A stretch of DNA of 64,000 nucleotides, taken from Elusimicrobiota bacterium (GTDB lineage Bacteria > Elusimicrobiota > Elusimicrobia > UBA1565). Every line of letters starts with the position of its first letter. Position 1 is the stretch's first letter. Made by a program: the position numbers and the translations under genes. This document shows, in pieces, positions 45,981 to 55,745 of this stretch. A model generated the notes under the pieces. The model was given only the letters and a program-made list of their open reading frames with translations, was not told the DNA's origin and searched no databases. The DNA is taken from the NCBI GenBank assembly GCA_043827405.1, contig JBDRPD010000083.1, positions 128,001-192,000 on the forward strand, read 5' to 3'.

Positions 45981-47918
45981 ATGCAAGCTATGCTCTTCTC
46001 AGCGGTGAAAAAGAAGGGCAATAAAAAGTCGGAAAAATTCGGCACGGTTCTGGGCTGCGCTCCCGGAAACGTGCCGGTTTACTCGTCGGACTACGGTACG
46101 GTCGACAAAGAGCGGCTTCCCACGCGGCATACCTTCCGGAGCTATGTCGATGGGATATTCATGGGGTACAAATGGCAGTGCGTGGAGTTCGCCCGACGCT
46201 GGCTGTACCTGAACCGCGGGTTTGTTTTCGACGATATCGCGATGGCATACGATATATTCCGTCTCAAATCCGTTCGGGTGGTTAAAGACGGCGCCGTTCT
46301 GCCGCTCCACTCGTTCGCCAACGGATCGGCACGGCTTCCCGAACCGGGCTGCCTGCTCATATGGAACGAGGGCGGGGAATTCGCGGATGCGGGGCATGTG
46401 GCTGTCGTTACGGAAGTTTTTCCCGATCGAATCCGTTTCGTGGAGCAGAATGTCGAGCATGAGTTATGGCCGGCAGGACAAAATTATTCCCGGGAGCTGC
46501 GCGCAAAAGAAGATGAGAACGGCGGCTACTGGATAGAGTGCTTTTACAGCGGAGCGACCATCCTGGGCTGGGTCATTCAGACCGGCGATCCGCAGGGGGC
46601 GGAAATCTTCCCGGACCTCGATATAGAGCTGCTGAATCTTCAGGCGCGCGAGGTTAAGAACCGCGGCCAGGCCAACCGATCCTGGCTCAATGTCGCCAAT
46701 CCCGATGAGGCCGCCTATGTGGCTGTCCAGGGTCACAAGGTGACCGACAGGAAGGACAAGGAGTATAAGTATTTTTGTATTTCCGAATCGGCGTACGGCG
46801 AGCTCAAGCGGGCGACCAACCAGCTGCATTCCATGTTCATGCACGCCACCGACTATGTGCTGCAGAATGAAGCGGTGCTGGAGAGGTTTTGCATTCCCCG
46901 GCCTCTCTGGTCCAGGCTTCGGCGGTCATGGGACAATCGCCGCAATCAGGCGATAACCGGGAGGCTTGATTTTTCGGTCTCGGAGAACGGGATAAAAATC
47001 TATGAATACAACGCTGATTCCGCCGCCTGCTATATGGAATGCGGAGTCATCCAGACAAAATGGTCCAAGCACTTCGGCTGCAAGGAAGGATGGTGCGCGG
47101 GAGAGAAGCTGCACCGCGAGCTGGTCGACGCCTGGAAGGACAGCGAAGTGGACGGCATCCTGCATATCATGCGGGATAATGATCGCGAGGAGGCTTATCA
47201 TGCCCTCTTCATGAAAGCGGCGATCGAGCAGGCCGGAATCGAGTGCCGGGTAATCACCGGATGCAGGGGGCTGTCCTGGGACGCGGACGGACGGGTCATC
47301 GATTCGGCGGGCGTTCCCATTCGCTGGGTTTGGAAAACGTGGGCATGGGAAACGGCGCTGGATCAAATCCGCGCCGAATGCGACGAAGATGATACGCGGG
47401 AGCCGCAATCCCTGCTGCGGGGTCCCGCGAGGGGGGCGCCCCGCTTGGTCGACGTGCTGCTGGGAGAGGATGTTCTGGTTTTTGAGCCCCTCTGGACGCT
47501 GATCCCGAGCAACAAGGCGATTCTTCCCGTGCTATGGACCCTGTATCCCGGCCACCCGTACCTGCTTGATTCACAGTTTGAGCTGACTGCGGAGTTGCGG
47601 GGAAAGGGGTTCGTGGCAAAGCCCATCGTGGGGCGCTGCGGGGCCAATATAAGTATTTTCAGCAAAGACGACTCTCTGGTCTCCCGGACCGGCGGTCAGT
47701 TCGAAAAGCGTGAGCAGATCTATCAGGAGTTCTTTCCTCTGCCGAAAATCGACGGCGACAATGTGCAGGTCGGGACGTTTCCGGTGTCCGGAGTGTTTGC
47801 CGGGGCCAACGTCAGAATGGACCCATCTCTCATCCTGGTGTCCGACAGCGACATGCCCGCATTAAGAGTGGTCAACGACGAGGCGCTGCTGGACGGCGGG
47901 CGGCTTAGGGGGTCTTAG
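45981..47918 (+). CDS. gsp: Bifunctional glutathionylspermidine amidase/synthetase
   Basis: CHAP amidase GYKWQCVEFARRW and GHVAV; ATP-grasp GRLDF, YEYNADS, WKTWAWE, FEPLWTLIPSNKAILP, KPIVGRCG. Confidence 0.93.
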   Translation: MQAMLFSAVKKKGNKKSEKFGTVLGCAPGNVPVYSSDYGTVDKERLPTRHTFRSYVDGIFMGYKWQCVEFARRWLYLNRGFVFDDIAMAYDIFRLKSVRVVKDGAVLPLHSFANGSARLPEPGCLLIWNEGGEFADAGHVAVVTEVFPDRIRFVEQNVEHELWPAGQNYSRELRAKEDENGGYWIECFYSGATILGWVIQTGDPQGAEIFPDLDIELLNLQAREVKNRGQANRSWLNVANPDEAAYVAVQGHKVTDRKDKEYKYFCISESAYGELKRATNQLHSMFMHATDYVLQNEAVLERFCIPRPLWSRLRRSWDNRRNQAITGRLDFSVSENGIKIYEYNADSAACYMECGVIQTKWSKHFGCKEGWCAGEKLHRELVDAWKDSEVDGILHIMRDNDREEAYHALFMKAAIEQAGIECRVITGCRGLSWDADGRVIDSAGVPIRWVWKTWAWETALDQIRAECDEDDTREPQSLLRGPARGAPRLVDVLLGEDVLVFEPLWTLIPSNKAILPVLWTLYPGHPYLLDSQFELTAELRGKGFVAKPIVGRCGANISIFSKDDSLVSRTGGQFEKREQIYQEFFPLPKIDGDNVQVGTFPVSGVFAGANVRMDPSLILVSDSDMPALRVVNDEALLDGGRLRGS

Positions 47919-48804
47919 CCGTCATCGCCAGCTTGAATATCTCGGTCACGTCGCTGGAGAAGGCGAATTCGAACCGCGGATCCAGCACATAGGCCTTGAT
48001 TTTCAGCGTCGTGCGCAGCTGCTTTTCCGACGGCGCATCCTGGAACAGCACGACGATCGGCTTGGCGAGATTTATGTAGCGGGAGGTGACAGCCGCCTCC
48101 CATGCGGTGCGTTTCGCCGCGAGCAGGTCGGTTTCCGGCGGCAGCGTGATTTCCGTGACGACCTGGCAGGTCAGTGCTCCGGAATTGGCGTTCGCTATGA
48201 TGCGGTTGACGATCTCCGCGTTGGGGACCGTAACCAGATTGTCGTCCGATGTGACGAGCCGCACGGTGCGCAGCCCAATGCCGACGACCTCGCCGTAGTG
48301 TTCTCCGATGCGGATCTTGTCGCCGACCTGGAATGGACGATCCAGGATAATGACCAGCCCGCCGAAGATATTCTTTAAGATGTCCTGGGAGGCAAAACCG
48401 ATGGCGACTCCGGAAGCGGTTAGTACGGCGAAAAACGCGTCCCTGGTCGGAGAGAATACCCAGCGGACGATGATATAGGCGGTGCCCGCCCATACCAGTA
48501 CGCGGATGATCGGAATGCCCTTTTTGAGGAAGCGGTAGCGCGCGCTGCGTTCCCCGATAAGGTCGAGCAGGTAAGTGCTGGTTAAGATGGCCAGCCAGGC
48601 GAGTGCGAACAAGAGCGCCGCGATGAGGATCTTTAGGGAAAGCCTTGACGCGCCGCGGCGGACCTCGCCCAGTTTCTGCTGCCCCGTGACCGGCGTCGAA
48701 GCGGCCTCCGTCGTCGGCACGGAGACGGCGGCGTGAGATGTCGCGACGGCCGCGAAAGCGGTGGGGACCAGAAGGACGATAATGAGCGGCAGCGCTTTAT
48801 GCAT
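47905..48804 (-). CDS. MscS-family mechanosensitive channel; start reassigned to ATG 48804
   Basis: GVAIGFASQDILKNIFGG, DRPFQVGDKIRIG..YGEV..IGLR, VTVPN. Confidence 0.9.
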   Translation of the reverse strand: MHKALPLIIVLLVPTAFAAVATSHAAVSVPTTEAASTPVTGQQKLGEVRRGASRLSLKILIAALLFALAWLAILTSTYLLDLIGERSARYRFLKKGIPIIRVLVWAGTAYIIVRWVFSPTRDAFFAVLTASGVAIGFASQDILKNIFGGLVIILDRPFQVGDKIRIGEHYGEVVGIGLRTVRLVTSDDNLVTVPNAEIVNRIIANANSGALTCQVVTEITLPPETDLLAAKRTAWEAAVTSRYINLAKPIVVLFQDAPSEKQLRTTLKIKAYVLDPRFEFAFSSDVTEIFKLAMTAKTP

Positions 48805-51256
48805 GGATGAAGTTTTTGTCCCGGAGCGCTTCCAGCACCGGGCCCAGCAGGATGGGATTGGGCGCATACCGCGGTTCGGCGCCTTCCTCGCGGCGGCACG
48901 ACAAAATCCGCCGGTGCGTCAGGTAGTCCAGCAAGGTCCGGCTCTCGGTGAGGGGCGAGCGCAGCAGCTGTGAGAGGAGCGGTGCGGTGAGGTGGTCGTG
49001 CTCGAGCGTGTAGAGCATCCCGAACAGCTCGCTCAGGGTGAGGTCGCCCAGAATTTCCTTACGGAAGGGCGAGAGCGGCGCGACGTGGACTTTCCGCCGG
49101 CCCTCGCTCTGGGTTGAGCGCAGCCAATAGTACAGAGCGGCGTGCAGGTTGCGTCCGGCGGCGGCATGCAGAGTATCGAAGAACTCCTCGCACAGGATCG
49201 CCTGGCGCTTCTCCCGGTCTTTAGCCTGGCGCAGCTTCCACCGGATATCGGCCGACAGGCTGGGGCCCTCAGTGAACTCTAGATCGTAGCCGCTGACCTC
49301 GTGACGAGCCATGAGCGCGGATTCGAGTTCCGTCCGGTCGAGGCCTCGGAGCATGATGCACGAGTCGAAGCGTTTAAAGATATCAAAGGTCCGGTCCAGG
49401 TAATCCCATCCGGCCTGTGAAAAAGTGATGATCCAACACGCCTTTCCCTCGGTGTTGGAGAGCAGTGAGAAAAGGGAGCGTACAGCGTCGAAGCCGCCGA
49501 CGCGCCGGAGGTGGAGCATGCTTCCGCCCTCGATGACGAACACCGGCCTGTCGGGCAAGGCGCGAATCGCGGAGACGAGGTTCGGGAGGGCATTCTCCCG
49601 GACCGGGGTGCTCCATCCGATGGATGTCGAGATGAGCTCGACAAAATCGGACTCGGAGCTTAGATGTTTTTGGAGCTGTATCCACGCCGGCTTTTGGTCG
49701 GGGAAGTGTCTTTGCAGTGCGCAGCGGGTGAAGCTGGTCTTGCCCAGCCCCACCGGGCCGATGACGGCGACGGCCGCCGACAGGCCGGAGTTGAACCGCT
49801 GGCGGATGGCCCGCATGGCGGGCATGAATTTCTCGCATCCGGTCAGGAAATCCTCGTCGGTTAGGGGCTCGAAGCGGAACAGGCGGCGGTAGAGGAGCGG
49901 GGTATTCTTGAGCGCGAACTCAATGGTCGCCTCCTCCAGAGTCGCTTGGGAGAGTTCGATCTGCGGCTTCTTGATGCCCAGGGCGGTTTGCAGGCCGGCA
50001 AAGGCTTCCCGCCCGCGGGCACGCAAGGCCTCTGTCCAGGAACGGGTGGAGTGGAGTTTGCGTTGGCCCCGTTCTTCGAACAGACGCCAGGTCGACAGAA
50101 GCGATGCGGTCGCGACCGCCACCCGTTCGCCGAACGTATCGGCGACGTCACAATCGCGACGAAGCTGCTTGCCTGCCCGCTCGACCGCCGTCGACACGGC
50201 GGCGGCGAAAGCCGTGGTGAGAGTTTCTATTTCTTCGGGCAGCTTCTCGATGCGGGCTCCGGTGCGGTCGATCCCGTCGAGCGCGAGCTGGAGGGCTTCG
50301 CCCGGCGGTTCCGCGGCGGTTCCCTCGTCGCCGTCAAGCAACGCTCCCGCGGAGTGCAGATTAAATCTGGCGATCTTGGCGCTCTCCCGCATCTGGGTGG
50401 AGGACTCCGCATAATCCCGGTCCAGCGTTTCAGCGGGTGGGCGAAGATCATCGATCATGTCCTCCAGCAGGATGCGGACCACGATGGAGCGCAGCGGAAT
50501 GCGGCGCACTCTTCCCTGGGCTCTGGCTTTGCCGGTCAAGCTGGTCAGAAACAGCGTCAACCGGCGCTGCAGCTTGAACGCACGCACGAACAGGGTGTCT
50601 CCCGGTTCGGCGCCGAGCTGTTCCTTTGTCTGACGAACCCGGTATTCGAGAGGAACGCTTTGCGCAAGCTTGAGGAGCTCTGCGCGCAGGTGTCGAACCG
50701 CGGATAGGCCCAAAGGCGCCGCAGCGGCGGTGTGGCGATGTTCGGATGCCGCGCTGAGTAGGAGGTGCCCTATCATGCGGGCTTCGCTTTCCAGGAGTTC
50801 AATTTGGGCGGATGATTCCTTATCCCGGAAGGCCTTTTTTAACCGGTCGGCGGAAAGCCGGCACTCTTCGAGAATCGAGCGGGAGACCTGCTGCGCCCGC
50901 GCACCCGCTTGTTCCGTCGCTTTAGCTGAGACGGCGGCGGCGGCTCGGGCGAGGTCATCAAGGACCAAAGAGACGCTTTCTTCGAGGTGCTGGGATTGGT
51001 CGTCAGCGTCGGCGCCGGGTATCTCGGGGGGGAAGGCTGTGACCCAGAACTGGCGCAGTTGGTTCCAGAGGGCCCGCCGCACGACCAGGGCGAGGCGGGT
51101 CACACGGTCGAGCAACCAATAGGCGAGAAGCGCTCCTACCGCGAGCGCCGCGAGCTTGGCGCCATACGCATAGTCTCCCAGTACGGGTAGGGGTTGGTCG
51201 AGCCAAGCCAGCAGCGCGTGCCAGGAAAGATGCAGCGGTCGCAGATGCGTCATCAC
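48797..51256 (-). CDS. Membrane-anchored P-loop NTPase-domain protein of unknown function
   Basis: N-terminal TM and long helical region; Walker A GPVGLGKTS; stop overlaps the MscS start. Confidence 0.7.
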   Translation of the reverse strand: MMTHLRPLHLSWHALLAWLDQPLPVLGDYAYGAKLAALAVGALLAYWLLDRVTRLALVVRRALWNQLRQFWVTAFPPEIPGADADDQSQHLEESVSLVLDDLARAAAAVSAKATEQAGARAQQVSRSILEECRLSADRLKKAFRDKESSAQIELLESEARMIGHLLLSAASEHRHTAAAAPLGLSAVRHLRAELLKLAQSVPLEYRVRQTKEQLGAEPGDTLFVRAFKLQRRLTLFLTSLTGKARAQGRVRRIPLRSIVVRILLEDMIDDLRPPAETLDRDYAESSTQMRESAKIARFNLHSAGALLDGDEGTAAEPPGEALQLALDGIDRTGARIEKLPEEIETLTTAFAAAVSTAVERAGKQLRRDCDVADTFGERVAVATASLLSTWRLFEERGQRKLHSTRSWTEALRARGREAFAGLQTALGIKKPQIELSQATLEEATIEFALKNTPLLYRRLFRFEPLTDEDFLTGCEKFMPAMRAIRQRFNSGLSAAVAVIGPVGLGKTSFTRCALQRHFPDQKPAWIQLQKHLSSESDFVELISTSIGWSTPVRENALPNLVSAIRALPDRPVFVIEGGSMLHLRRVGGFDAVRSLFSLLSNTEGKACWIITFSQAGWDYLDRTFDIFKRFDSCIMLRGLDRTELESALMARHEVSGYDLEFTEGPSLSADIRWKLRQAKDREKRQAILCEEFFDTLHAAAGRNLHAALYYWLRSTQSEGRRKVHVAPLSPFRKEILGDLTLSELFGMLYTLEHDHLTAPLLSQLLRSPLTESRTLLDYLTHRRILSCRREEGAEPRYAPNPILLGPVLEALRDKNFIHA

Positions 51257-51372
51257 CTGAGGCTAGCAAAGAAATCGGCACGAAGAACAGAGGACGATTC
51301 AAGTATCTTTTCCTCCGTCAGGGATATATACTTTTCGGGAAAAGAGACGCTTATTCCGCTGGATAATATGAC

Positions 51373-52902
51373 ATGACCAAGCAGCCATTGGCCGGGCTCC
51401 ATCGCCCGGTCTCCCCCGACGCTCTGACCTGCGCCGGCTTGGCGACCGGTTTCACGCTGCTGTATTTAAGCTTCTTAAGCCGGTATTACGTCTTCGAGGG
51501 CTTGGCGCGCGCTATGCCGATCGAGGCCGGCCGGTTCCGGGAGCTCTTCAACGCCAACCATATGCTCTACGGCACCGTGGGCTGGTGCTTCCACGGCCTG
51601 CTCAAGATGCTGGGCGTCGTCCAGCTGTCGGTCCATTCACTGCAGCAGTTGGATGCGCTTCTCGGCGCCGCGGGCGTCGGGCTGTTTTTTCTGACTTTGC
51701 GCCGGCTGGATGCGCCGCGCATCACCGCCGCTTTGTGGGCCGCGGCGCTGGGCTTCTTTCTCGGCTATTGGCTCTGGAGCATCGATGCCGAAAATTACAT
51801 CTTTTCCACTTTTCTCCTGCAGCTCAACTTCTTCGCTCTGGTCCGTTATACGCGGCAAAGAAAGGGGCATCCCGTCCTGCTGGGCGCCCTGCATGCCCTG
51901 GCCGTCATGGGACATATCGTCAATGGCGTTTTCGGCGTGGTCGTTTTATGGGTCATCTATCGCACCCACCGGCGCAACTGGCTGCGGCCGGCACTCCTCT
52001 ATGTCGCCGCGGTAGCCGTTCTCACCTTGGGCGCCTATGCCTTGACGCTGGCGGTGATCGTTCGTCCGCAAACCATGGACGAGGCGAGGCGTTGGTTTAT
52101 GGGCAGTGCGGGGAGAACCGATGGGGCATGGAATTGGCGCGGCGGCTATGGCTGGACCAAGCTGGGGCAATGGCTGACGTCGTCGCTCAATGTCATCTGC
52201 TCTTTCAAGAGCGGCTATCAGAACCCGCCTCCCTGGCCGCTGGCCGGTCTCTGGCAATGGATCGCGCGGCTGATGCTCGCCGGTTTCGCCGCCGCCGCTC
52301 TATGGAACCGCCGCCGGATATGGCGCGAGAGCGGAACCGAGCTGGGAGCCTGCCTGCTGTGGGTGGGGGCCTATGCCTGTGTATTCCTCTCCTGGGAACC
52401 GCATATGCTGATGTATCACGTCACCAATACGGTCCCGTTCTGCGTCATCCTCTACCTTTCGTCGCGGGCGATGCGCCTGCCGGCGCCGCGGCAGTACGCG
52501 GCCGCCGGCGTCTTTACCCTTTCTTTAGGCTTAGCCAACTTTTCGGCCGAGGTCCTGCCGCGATCTTATCGGGAGAACAACCCCGCTCTCATGGCTATGG
52601 ATTTTATCCGGAACCATACCGAGGACCGGGCCTGGATCGCGACCGACCTCGACCTGGATCAGCTCTATATCCCCTTCTTCGCCCGGCGGCGGCCGCTGCT
52701 TCTCGGCCGTTACGGGGGGAGCTCCGGGCATGAGCGGCTCTCAGGCGAACTGGACCGGCTGCTGCAGGACGGCCAACGGCTCTACCTGACGTCGAATGTG
52801 CTCGCTATTGAGGAGTGGCGCCGGTACTTCGGCGGCGCTCAGCTTGAGGTCGCGGCGCGTTATGAGGACGGTTTTACGCTCTACCGCCTGCGTGGCAGGT
52901 AA
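51373..52902 (+). CDS. Polytopic membrane protein, probable GT-C (ArnT/PMT-like) glycosyltransferase
   Basis: About 11 TMs; NHMLY, W.WS..AENY motifs; soluble C-terminal domain. Confidence 0.6.
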   Translation: MTKQPLAGLHRPVSPDALTCAGLATGFTLLYLSFLSRYYVFEGLARAMPIEAGRFRELFNANHMLYGTVGWCFHGLLKMLGVVQLSVHSLQQLDALLGAAGVGLFFLTLRRLDAPRITAALWAAALGFFLGYWLWSIDAENYIFSTFLLQLNFFALVRYTRQRKGHPVLLGALHALAVMGHIVNGVFGVVVLWVIYRTHRRNWLRPALLYVAAVAVLTLGAYALTLAVIVRPQTMDEARRWFMGSAGRTDGAWNWRGGYGWTKLGQWLTSSLNVICSFKSGYQNPPPWPLAGLWQWIARLMLAGFAAAALWNRRRIWRESGTELGACLLWVGAYACVFLSWEPHMLMYHVTNTVPFCVILYLSSRAMRLPAPRQYAAAGVFTLSLGLANFSAEVLPRSYRENNPALMAMDFIRNHTEDRAWIATDLDLDQLYIPFFARRRPLLLGRYGGSSGHERLSGELDRLLQDGQRLYLTSNVLAIEEWRRYFGGAQLEVAARYEDGFTLYRLRGR

Positions 52903-52907
52903 GGGTA

Positions 52908-52947
52908 TTGACGACTTGATAAATTAATGGTATATTATAATATACCA
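52908..52947 (+). promoter_or_regulatory. Sigma70 promoter overlapped by a perfect 20-bp palindromic operator
   Basis: TTGACG-17 bp-TATATT; palindrome TGGTATATTATAATATACCA (52928-52947). Confidence 0.8.
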
Positions 52948-52953
52948 CAAATT

Positions 52954-53517
52954 ATGCTTGAATTTAAACAAATAACCAGCCTAAGGAAGAAGAACGAGGT
53001 GTCAGAGCGAGGGCTCGCGCGTATAGTCGGCATGAGCCGGATAACGGTCCGAAAATTCGTATCGGGAGATGGGAATCCCACCCTGCGTACGGTCGAGAAG
53101 TTGGCGAAGGGATTCGGGCGCAAGGCGTGCGTCCTCTTGGAGCCGGATGCCGATTGCTGGGCGGAAATGTCTACGGTAGCCGTTTCGATGCGGACCGCCG
53201 CCGGCGAGGATTGGAAGATCGCTTTTTTCGATCTTGTCGACGCCTTGCGCAGTACGCTGGACTACCGTCTCGTCCTGCTGCCGCCGGTGCGGAAATTGGC
53301 GGACCGTCCGCGGGCGCTGCTGGCGTCCATGGTGTGCGAGCTTTGTCATGAATGCGGATTCACGCCTCCTTCCTGGGCGGACCGGACATATTTTTTGGAC
53401 CAGCCATGGTTCGTCGCGGGGATGCGATCGTTAAAGGCTTGCGCAATTCAGGAATCGCCGCTGTGCTTCCGCCGGAATAATATATTCGTGCTGGCGAATT
53501 TCATGCACCGCGTTTAA
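52954..53517 (+). CDS. XRE-type HTH protein, putative antitoxin; start reassigned to ATG 52954
   Basis: SERGLARIVGMSRITV...GNPTLRTVEKLA; C-terminal PSW...L..PWF...ESP..FRRNNIF. Confidence 0.8.
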   Translation: MLEFKQITSLRKKNEVSERGLARIVGMSRITVRKFVSGDGNPTLRTVEKLAKGFGRKACVLLEPDADCWAEMSTVAVSMRTAAGEDWKIAFFDLVDALRSTLDYRLVLLPPVRKLADRPRALLASMVCELCHECGFTPPSWADRTYFLDQPWFVAGMRSLKACAIQESPLCFRRNNIFVLANFMHRV

Positions 53518-53518
53518 T

Positions 53519-54046
53519 ATGCTGACGACGAAGGAAATCCGCTCTCTCTTCGCCGAGCTCAATGTCCGTCTGGCGGAGGCGGGTATGCGCGGGGAGATCG
53601 GTATCGTGGGCGGCGCCGCGATGTGCCTTGTCTACAACGCGCGCGAATCGACGCGGGATGTCGACGCCGTGTTCGCTCCGGCGGGTGAAATCCGCGCTAT
53701 GGCGGCCAGGATCGCGCAAGAGAAGGGGATCGGAAAAGACTGGCTCAACGATGCCGTCAAAGGATATATCGAAAAGGGATTCGAGCGCGAGATCGTGCTC
53801 CAGCTGTCGCATCTGCATGTCTGGACGCCCGAGCCGCGCTACCTGCTGGCGATGAAGTGCGTCAGCGCGCGTTTCGACTCGCATGACGGCGACGATATCC
53901 GTTTCTTGATCCGGCATCTTGGTTTACGGAAGATCGACCAGGTCTTGTCCGTCATCGAGAAATACTATCCGCGGGATCGCGTGCCGGCGAAGACGAGCTT
54001 CTTCCTGGAAGAGGTGATTGAGGGATTGAATGACCGAAGCGAATAA
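53519..54046 (+). CDS. Pol-beta-superfamily nucleotidyltransferase (DUF6036/AbiEii-like), putative toxin
   Basis: IVGGAAM, STRDVD, WLND, LLAMK, D.DDI; starts 1 nt after the HTH stop. Confidence 0.8.
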   Translation: MLTTKEIRSLFAELNVRLAEAGMRGEIGIVGGAAMCLVYNARESTRDVDAVFAPAGEIRAMAARIAQEKGIGKDWLNDAVKGYIEKGFEREIVLQLSHLHVWTPEPRYLLAMKCVSARFDSHDGDDIRFLIRHLGLRKIDQVLSVIEKYYPRDRVPAKTSFFLEEVIEGLNDRSE

Positions 54047-55745
54047 ATCCCTTTACGCCGCGGTCCTCCTGATATTCCTTTCGGGGTTTTGCGCGATCCG
54101 GGCTGTGGACCGCCATTCCCTGACCTACGACGCCGTTAAATACCCCGCTTCGGGCTACGACTATCTGCGCACCCTGCGGCTGCGGACCGATCCCGAGAAC
54201 CCGCCGGTCGGCAAGGTCCTGACCGCCCTGCCCTTCCTGATTATCGACGCCGACCCTCCCCAGCTGACCGACGGCTCCGATGAACGGGGCTTCGACACCG
54301 GCTGGCGCTTCTTCTTTCGCAACAAGGTTCCCGGCGATGTGCTCGCCTACTACGCCCGTCTGCCCGCGGTCGCCGCCGGGATGCTGCTGGCGCTGACGCT
54401 GTTTCTCTTCGCCCGGCGGCGCTTCAGCGGTTGGGGTTCGCTGGTCGCCTTGGTCTTTCTGCTCGCCGGGCCGATGTACCGGGCGCTGACGACTTTGGCG
54501 ACGACCGACATCTTCCTGGCGCTGTTTTTTCTGTCGGCGGTCTATTGGCTCGACAGGGAGCTGGAGGGCGAGAGGCCCAATCAGCACTACCTAAGCGGAG
54601 CGGGGATCTTCGCGGCGGCGGCGGTGCTGACCAAATTCTCGGGCCTGCTGTTTTATCCATTGGCCGCCGCTGCCGTTCTGCGCCGGCGCCGGCTCATGCT
54701 GGGAATCCTGGATCTGATCGTCCTCGGCATGCCGCTGCTGATTCTCAGCACCATGCTCTACGGCTCCGATTTCGGCCGCTTGTGGGAGGGAGTGCTGTTT
54801 CAGAAGACGGTGCTCTCCCGGGGGCCGCACCTGACTTTCTTCTGGGATGTCTTGGAGAAGCGGGCCTGGCCGCAGTACTATTTGGTCTCGTTTTTCCTCA
54901 AGACGCCGTATCCCTTCCTGCTGGCGCTGGCCGCCGGCCTTTTCTTTTGGGTTCGCACCCCGGAACGCCGCCAGATCGTCCTGGTGGCGGCGCCGTTTTT
55001 GCTCTTTCTGGCGGCGGCGAGCGGCAACCGCTTCTACGCCACGCGCTACCTGTTCCCCGTCTATCCTCTGCTGGCTTTGACCGCGGCGGCGGCCTGGGAC
55101 TTCGGCCGCCGGCGCGGCAAGGTCCTGATCCTGATTTTGGCCGCCTGGCAGGTTGGGGAAGCAGCCTGGGCCTATCCGCATTACCTTTCCTACATGAACC
55201 TGCCGTGGCGGGCGCAGGGCCACCGCTACCTGGCCAACTCGGATTTCGACTGGGGCCAGGACTTGCCGGCGCTGGCTGATTTCCTGACGCTGGAGAGGCG
55301 GCCGCCGCTGCAGCTCTGCTACTTCGGCACCTCCGATCCCGAGGCTTGGGGCATCGAGGCGCAGCAGCTGGCAACGGTCTCCAAGTCCTATGTCTCGGAC
55401 ACGGTGCTGCCGTTGGCGCCGGAGCGGGAGCTCCTGGCGGTAAGCGCCGGCTGCCGGCAGTACATGACCGTGCGCGCGGGTGCGGAGACGCTGCGCGCCT
55501 GGGCCTGGCTCGATAAGCGGCGGCCGATCAAGGTCGTGGCGGGCACTTTCTTCATCTATGATATCCGCGACGACGCCGAGGCGCATGGACGTATCGGCCA
55601 GCTGCATGCCGCGCAGGGCGACCTCCGCAAAGCCCTGCGCGAGGCCCAGCGGGTTCTCGAGATCGAACCCGGCAGCGCCGAGGGCAAGGCCTTCCTCTCC
55701 TTCGTGCGCGGGCGAATGGGCGGTGAGGCAGGTTTGATACAATGA
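54030..55745 (+). CDS. GT-C (family 39/ArnT-like) membrane glycosyltransferase with C-terminal TPR
   Basis: SLTYD, ENPP, LATTD, TKFSG, KTP, RYLFP, NSDFDWGQDL. Confidence 0.75.
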   Translation: MTEANKSLYAAVLLIFLSGFCAIRAVDRHSLTYDAVKYPASGYDYLRTLRLRTDPENPPVGKVLTALPFLIIDADPPQLTDGSDERGFDTGWRFFFRNKVPGDVLAYYARLPAVAAGMLLALTLFLFARRRFSGWGSLVALVFLLAGPMYRALTTLATTDIFLALFFLSAVYWLDRELEGERPNQHYLSGAGIFAAAAVLTKFSGLLFYPLAAAAVLRRRRLMLGILDLIVLGMPLLILSTMLYGSDFGRLWEGVLFQKTVLSRGPHLTFFWDVLEKRAWPQYYLVSFFLKTPYPFLLALAAGLFFWVRTPERRQIVLVAAPFLLFLAAASGNRFYATRYLFPVYPLLALTAAAAWDFGRRRGKVLILILAAWQVGEAAWAYPHYLSYMNLPWRAQGHRYLANSDFDWGQDLPALADFLTLERRPPLQLCYFGTSDPEAWGIEAQQLATVSKSYVSDTVLPLAPERELLAVSAGCRQYMTVRAGAETLRAWAWLDKRRPIKVVAGTFFIYDIRDDAEAHGRIGQLHAAQGDLRKALREAQRVLEIEPGSAEGKAFLSFVRGRMGGEAGLIQ

